Source: an uncultured Chloroflexia bacterium
GTDB lineage: Bacteria > Chloroflexota > Limnocylindria > Limnocylindrales > CSP1-4
Reading direction: 5' to 3'
NCBI GenBank assembly: GCA_963819655.1
Contig: CAWFXA010000003.1
Coordinates: 416,001-480,000, forward strand
Length of the DNA stretch: 64,000 bases
The position numbers and the translations under genes were made by a program. This document shows positions 60,015 to 64,000 of the stretch, one piece after another. The notes under the pieces are model-generated. The model saw only the letters and a list, made by a program, of their open reading frames with translations. It ran no database searches and was not told the DNA's origin. Every line of letters starts with the position of its first letter. Position 1 is the stretch's first letter.

Positions 60015-60159
60015 GGCTGGATCTGGGGGCTGGCCAGAGGTCGGGCGCGGATCCGGACGTGGCTGGGCCGGGGTCGGGCTGCATCTGGGGGCTGGCCAAG
60101 GTCGGGCGCGGATCTGGGGACGTGGCTGGGCCGGGGTCCGGCTGGATCTGGGGCTGGCC
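60011..60159. repeat. G-rich tandem repeat, 62-63 bp unit, ~2.4 copies
   Basis: Units start at 60011, 60073 and 60136 (gtcgggctggatctgggggctggcc...). Confidence 0.8.
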
Positions 60160-60202
60160 GGGGTCAGGCCTCGGACGGGGACCGGCGGACGCGGTTCCTG
60201 TG

Positions 60203-60673
60203 TCAGCTGCTCCGCTGCTCCAGCACGGCGCTCAGCTGCGGGTCGTGCTCGCGCTTGTGGCCGTACATCTGGTAGACGACCAGGTCGTTGAGCGAGTACT
60301 CGGGCCCGTACCACGCGATCGTGCCGACCTCACGCCAGACCTCGGGCGCGATCGCCGACGCGTGACGCATGACCCGCTCGTGCGCATCGAGGAACTCGCT
60401 CATGACCTGCTCGATCGGCCAGTCCTTGCGGATCGCCGCCTGATCGTCGTTGAACGTCCGCGGATCGGCTGACATCAGGTCGCTCTCGGGCTCCTCGCCG
60501 GCGAAACCTGCCACCACATCCGCGAACCTGACCTCGAATGCCCCGAGATGACCGAGCAGGTCCTTGGCGGTCCAGACGCCGAGCGCGATCCGACCCCAGT
60601 CGTCCGATCCGTATCGATCGACCGTCGATCGGACCGTGCGCTGCCCGTACATCAGCACGTCGAGGGTGTTCAT
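60203..60673 (-). CDS. DinB/MDMPI-like four-helix bundle protein
   Basis: GVWTAKDLLGHL, H.R, GHKREH..Q. Confidence 0.85.
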   Translation of the reverse strand: MNTLDVLMYGQRTVRSTVDRYGSDDWGRIALGVWTAKDLLGHLGAFEVRFADVVAGFAGEEPESDLMSADPRTFNDDQAAIRKDWPIEQVMSEFLDAHERVMRHASAIAPEVWREVGTIAWYGPEYSLNDLVVYQMYGHKREHDPQLSAVLEQRSS

Positions 60674-60721
60674 TCGCTGTCCATGATGCCGGACGGGCGT
60701 GAGCCACGTACCATCGATGCC

Positions 60722-60940
60722 ATGGTCGGCGACCGCGATCGACTCGAGACCGCGCTGCGCATGCTGACGAAAGCCCGTCTTATGTCGATGCACGTCCCCG
60801 GTTTCGCAGTCGGCCGTTGGTGTGACGCGTGGGAGGCCGAAGCCGAACGGCGCGGTCTCGAGCCCAGCGCAGACTCATGGGAAGACGGGATCCGCTGGAT
60901 CGTCAGCAAGGTTGCCGCCGGCGAGCAGCCACCCGACTGA
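60722..60940 (+). CDS. Small hypothetical protein
   Basis: TACCAT 7 nt before ATG; W..AWEAEA.RRG....W..G..WI. Confidence 0.55.
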   Translation: MVGDRDRLETALRMLTKARLMSMHVPGFAVGRWCDAWEAEAERRGLEPSADSWEDGIRWIVSKVAAGEQPPD

Positions 60941-60954
60941 CTGTCATCCGCCAG

Positions 60955-61410
60955 CTATCCGATGTGCAGGCGGCCCGTATAGACGTCGGTGACCCCGGTT
61001 CCGTCGGGGCGCGCCGTCCCAACCAGTTGCCCGCCGCCGTGCAGCCCGGCGTGCTCGCCCGTCCCCTGACCCGCTGCGAAACCGCCGACAGTGCCCGGCG
61101 ACGTCCGTGACGTGGCCGCGTTGACCAACAGCTTGAACGTCCCGCTGCCGTCGGCACAGGTCAGCGTCTTGACGACATGGAACGTCAGCACACCTCCACC
61201 GCGCCGACCGCCACCGGCAACGATCGTGGGGCCGGACACCGCGGTTCCCGAGTCGCAGACGACGTCGCCTGTCGCCCGGAAGAGCTCCGGTCCACCGAAC
61301 GTCACGTCGATCGTGATGGTGGTCACGGGCGGGGGCGCCGCGAGGGCGGTCGGCGCCCAAAACATGCTGCCGATGAGCCCCACGGCGATGCCGAGTCTGC
61401 GTACGCGCAT
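60955..61410 (-). CDS. Secreted beta-rich hypothetical protein
   Basis: Signal peptide ending ALA; GGAGG RBS; TCADGSGT.., GTG..AGLHGGG. Confidence 0.75.
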   Translation of the reverse strand: MRVRRLGIAVGLIGSMFWAPTALAAPPPVTTITIDVTFGGPELFRATGDVVCDSGTAVSGPTIVAGGGRRGGGVLTFHVVKTLTCADGSGTFKLLVNAATSRTSPGTVGGFAAGQGTGEHAGLHGGGQLVGTARPDGTGVTDVYTGRLHIG

Positions 61411-61570
61411 AGCGTCCTCCTGTCGTTCCGCAGGTCGTGCGACCCCGTCACTCTACAAGGCGACCGTCTGGGCGGAGGGGTCCGCAGAACGTGGCGCCGT
61501 CTCGCGCCACGCCCAGGATTCGGGGTTGTCCTACGATGCTGGAGTTTCGACGCATCCCTGGAGTCCCCAC

Positions 61571-62275
61571 GTGTACTTCGACCCCCTCTACATCCTGGTC
61601 ATCATCGCGACGCTCGTCGTGTCAGGTGGTGCGCAGCTCTACATCCGCTCGACGTACGGTCGCTGGAGCAAGGTCGCCAACTCGGCCGGTCTGACGGGGG
61701 CCCAGGTCGCCGAGTTCCTGCGTGACAACGCTCGGTTCGGGAACCGCCCGGGCCGGGAAGCCATCACGGCCATCAAGGTGGCGCCCGGCGAGCTGTCCGA
61801 CCATTACGACCCGCGCGACCACTCGCTGTCGCTGTCGGAGGCAGTGGCACACCAGCCATCGGTCGCGTCGATGGCCATCGCCGCCCACGAAGTCGGTCAT
61901 GCGCAGCAGGTCGCGGAGGGCAGCACGCTCATGCAGATCCGCAGCCTGCTCGTCCCGGCCGTCAGCTTCAGCCCGACACTGGCTTACCTCTTCATCATCG
62001 GCGGGATCCTCCTGAACATGGCGGGCCTTCTGACGATCGGCATACTCCTGTTCGGGCTGGCCGTCCTGTTCTCGGTCCTGACCCTGCCGGTCGAGATCCA
62101 GGCGAGCCAGAAGGCGCTCGCGATGCTGGATTCGACCGGCGTCGTCACGACCCAGCAGGACCGCGACGGGGCGAATTCGATGCTGCGGGCCGCCGCGCTG
62201 ACATATCTCGCGGCGGCGGTGTCGGCCATCCTGACGCTCCTCTATTACCTGACCCTCGCACGCCGGAGCAATTGA
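61571..62275 (+). CDS. Putative neutral zinc metallopeptidase (YugP-like)
   Basis: G.TGA.VA, LSDHYDP, AAHEVGHAQQ, TLPVE..AS, AAALTYLA. Confidence 0.92.
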   Translation: MYFDPLYILVIIATLVVSGGAQLYIRSTYGRWSKVANSAGLTGAQVAEFLRDNARFGNRPGREAITAIKVAPGELSDHYDPRDHSLSLSEAVAHQPSVASMAIAAHEVGHAQQVAEGSTLMQIRSLLVPAVSFSPTLAYLFIIGGILLNMAGLLTIGILLFGLAVLFSVLTLPVEIQASQKALAMLDSTGVVTTQQDRDGANSMLRAAALTYLAAAVSAILTLLYYLTLARRSN

Positions 62276-63228
62276 CTCGCCCGCGTATCCCCGAAGAGGT
62301 CCTGACGGCCGCACACGAGCGGGCGAAGGCCCGGGCGGCGCGCGACTGGGCGACCGCGGACCGCCTGCGAGGCGACATCGAATCGGCCGGCTGGACGATC
62401 GTCGATCGCGGCACCGACTTCGCGTTGTCGCCGGCGTCGCCACCGGATGTCGAGGAGGGGGCCCGGGTCCGGTACGGGGCGTCGCGGAACGTCCCGTCGA
62501 GGCTCGGCGAGGCGCCGGCCGGTTTGGCGACGGTCGTGCTGATCGCGACCGACTTCCCGGCCGATACGGAGCGGGCTTTGACGGCGCTGCGGACACGCGC
62601 GCCCGAGGGGACATCGATCGTGGTCGTTGGCGACAGGCCGTCTGACGAGCAGGCCGCCGCGCTCGGCGCCGAGACCGATGCCGAGATCCTCTGGACGTCG
62701 GAGCGACTCGGCCACGCGGCCGCGACGAACATCGGCATCCGGCGGGCGGCCGGGCGCGTCGTCATCCTGATGGACGCCAGCGTCGAGCCGAGTGGGGACG
62801 TCGTCACGCCACTCGTCCGGGCGCTCGATGATCCGTCGGTCGCGGTTGCCGGGGGCTGGGGCCTCACATCGACCGACCTGCGCACGTTCGAGGAGGCTCC
62901 GCCCGGCGACGTCGATGCCATCGAGGGCTACCTGCTGGCGTTCCGCCGCGAGGACTATCTGACGCGGGGCCCGCTTGACGAGAGGTTCCGCTTCTACCGC
63001 AACCTCGACATCTGGTGGAGCCTGGTCCTCCGCGACCAGGGCGAGGGCGACCGGCCTCGGCGGGCGGTGCGGCTCGACGGGCTGCCCGCGGTCCGCCATG
63101 AGCACCGCGGCTGGTCGAGCCTCCCGGAAGACGAGCGCACGCGCCAGTCCAAGCGAAACTTCTACCGGATCATCGACCGGTTCGGGTCGCGCCGCGACCT
63201 GCTGGTCGGCACCCCCTCGACGACGTGA
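62272..63228 (+). CDS. Fusion of a CysRS C-terminal (anticodon-binding-like) domain and a family-2 glycosyltransferase
   Basis: N-terminal ERAKARAARDWATADRLRGDIESAGWTIVD; GT-A features IVVVGD, LGHAAATNIG, VILMDASVE, EGYLLAFRR, LDERFRFY..DI.W; TTGA overlap. Confidence 0.8.
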   Translation: MTRPRIPEEVLTAAHERAKARAARDWATADRLRGDIESAGWTIVDRGTDFALSPASPPDVEEGARVRYGASRNVPSRLGEAPAGLATVVLIATDFPADTERALTALRTRAPEGTSIVVVGDRPSDEQAAALGAETDAEILWTSERLGHAAATNIGIRRAAGRVVILMDASVEPSGDVVTPLVRALDDPSVAVAGGWGLTSTDLRTFEEAPPGDVDAIEGYLLAFRREDYLTRGPLDERFRFYRNLDIWWSLVLRDQGEGDRPRRAVRLDGLPAVRHEHRGWSSLPEDERTRQSKRNFYRIIDRFGSRRDLLVGTPSTT

Positions 63229-63479
63229 CCGACGACCTTCCCGCGCCGGACGGGATCGAACGGCTCGCCGAGTCGCTCGGCATCGGCATCATGGTGCAGT
63301 CGATCGAAGCCGGTCCACCGGCCGTGATCACCGCCACGTTCCTGCTGGATGCCCGCGTTTTCGACGTCTCCGTGACCGGACCGACCGAAGGCGACGCCTG
63401 GGACGAGCTCGCTCGCAAGGCGATCGAATGGAAGAACGACGACGAGCGGAACGCCCGCACCTACTTCGGCGGCGTCTAG
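63225..63479 (+). CDS. Small hypothetical protein
   Basis: GTGA overlap with the GT gene; typical codon usage. Confidence 0.65.
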   Translation: MTDDLPAPDGIERLAESLGIGIMVQSIEAGPPAVITATFLLDARVFDVSVTGPTEGDAWDELARKAIEWKNDDERNARTYFGGV

Positions 63480-63492
63480 CTGCGCAGCCGCG

Positions 63493-63999
63493 CTATTCCT
63501 GGACCCAGTGGTCTCCGAATGCCCCCGCGCCGATCAGGTAGAACACGCGGCCATCGATCGTCGTTCGACCCTTCGCCGGAGCGCTCGAATCCGTACTCAG
63601 GGTCTTGGTGGTCTGCGACGCGACGCCACCGTCGGCGTCGAACTTGAAGCCCGTGTGCGGACCCGCCCCGAACGCGACGGTCTCGGGCGGGTCGAGGATC
63701 TGATAGACGCGTGCCGACGACGGGACCCACATCCCGGCGAACGCACCGGCATCGATCAGCCAGTACGTCGTCCCGTCGATGTCGACCCGTCCGCTGCTCT
63801 GGGCGCTCGAGTCGGATCCCAGGGTTTGGTCCTTCCGCTGCAGCGACGTCCCGTTCGCATCGAACCGATGACCGATGTGCGCGCCCTTGCGGAAGAAGAC
63901 CCGAGCCGGCGGGGCGAAGTACTCATAGGCAACGGCCGATTCCGGGACCCAGAAGTCCTTCCAGATCCCCTCGTCGACGAGCCAATATGGCTTCCCGTT
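63493..63999 (-). CDS. C-terminal part of a protein with tandem ~70-aa beta-rich (SH3/GW-like) repeats; 5' end outside window
   Basis: Open to the window end: NGKPYWLVDEGIWKDFWVPES.../IDGTTYWLIDAGAFAGMWVPSS.../IDGRVFYLIGAGAFGDHWVQE. Confidence 0.75.
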   Translation of the reverse strand, partial: NGKPYWLVDEGIWKDFWVPESAVAYEYFAPPARVFFRKGAHIGHRFDANGTSLQRKDQTLGSDSSAQSSGRVDIDGTTYWLIDAGAFAGMWVPSSARVYQILDPPETVAFGAGPHTGFKFDADGGVASQTTKTLSTDSSAPAKGRTTIDGRVFYLIGAGAFGDHWVQE

Positions 64000-64000
64000 C

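Noticed and set aside
60011-60159. Possible CRISPR array
   Set aside because: Whole units repeat without unique spacers, and there are no cas genes in the window.

Overview
High-GC bacterial chromosomal window. Gene content and order suggest a monoderm Chloroflexota-like lineage (inference). 1-20.5 kb is a housekeeping run: xseA-xseB-dxs-tlyA-nadK-recN-xerD-S2P-scpAB-rluB-cmk-plsC-ispH-der-gpsA-tRNA-Pro, with a glucuronyl C5-epimerase-like gene inserted after dxs. 20.5-29 kb is accessory (three RDD genes, PLP decarboxylase, a 121-bp duplicated coding segment). 29-44 kb holds Moco genes, FadF/acyl-CoA dehydrogenase/ETF, nrdR-dcd with NrdR-box-like sites, and ccdA/TlpA. After tRNA-Arg(CCT) comes a long accessory region: a 17-bp tRNA-3'-end repeat bounding an integrase-less islet, an HD-cNMP / cNMP-binding / nucleotide-transporter-HEAT operon, two ECF sigma/anti-sigma pairs, a degenerate GGDEF-HD-GYP protein, and a CysRS anticodon-domain/GT2 glycosyltransferase fusion. 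Intergenic DNA carries three copies of a 180-189 bp inverted-repeat element plus two elements of similar architecture. Three single-base frameshifts may be assembly indels. No CRISPR array, rRNA, transposase or phage genes were seen. All calls come from motif recognition by eye; no database searches were run.
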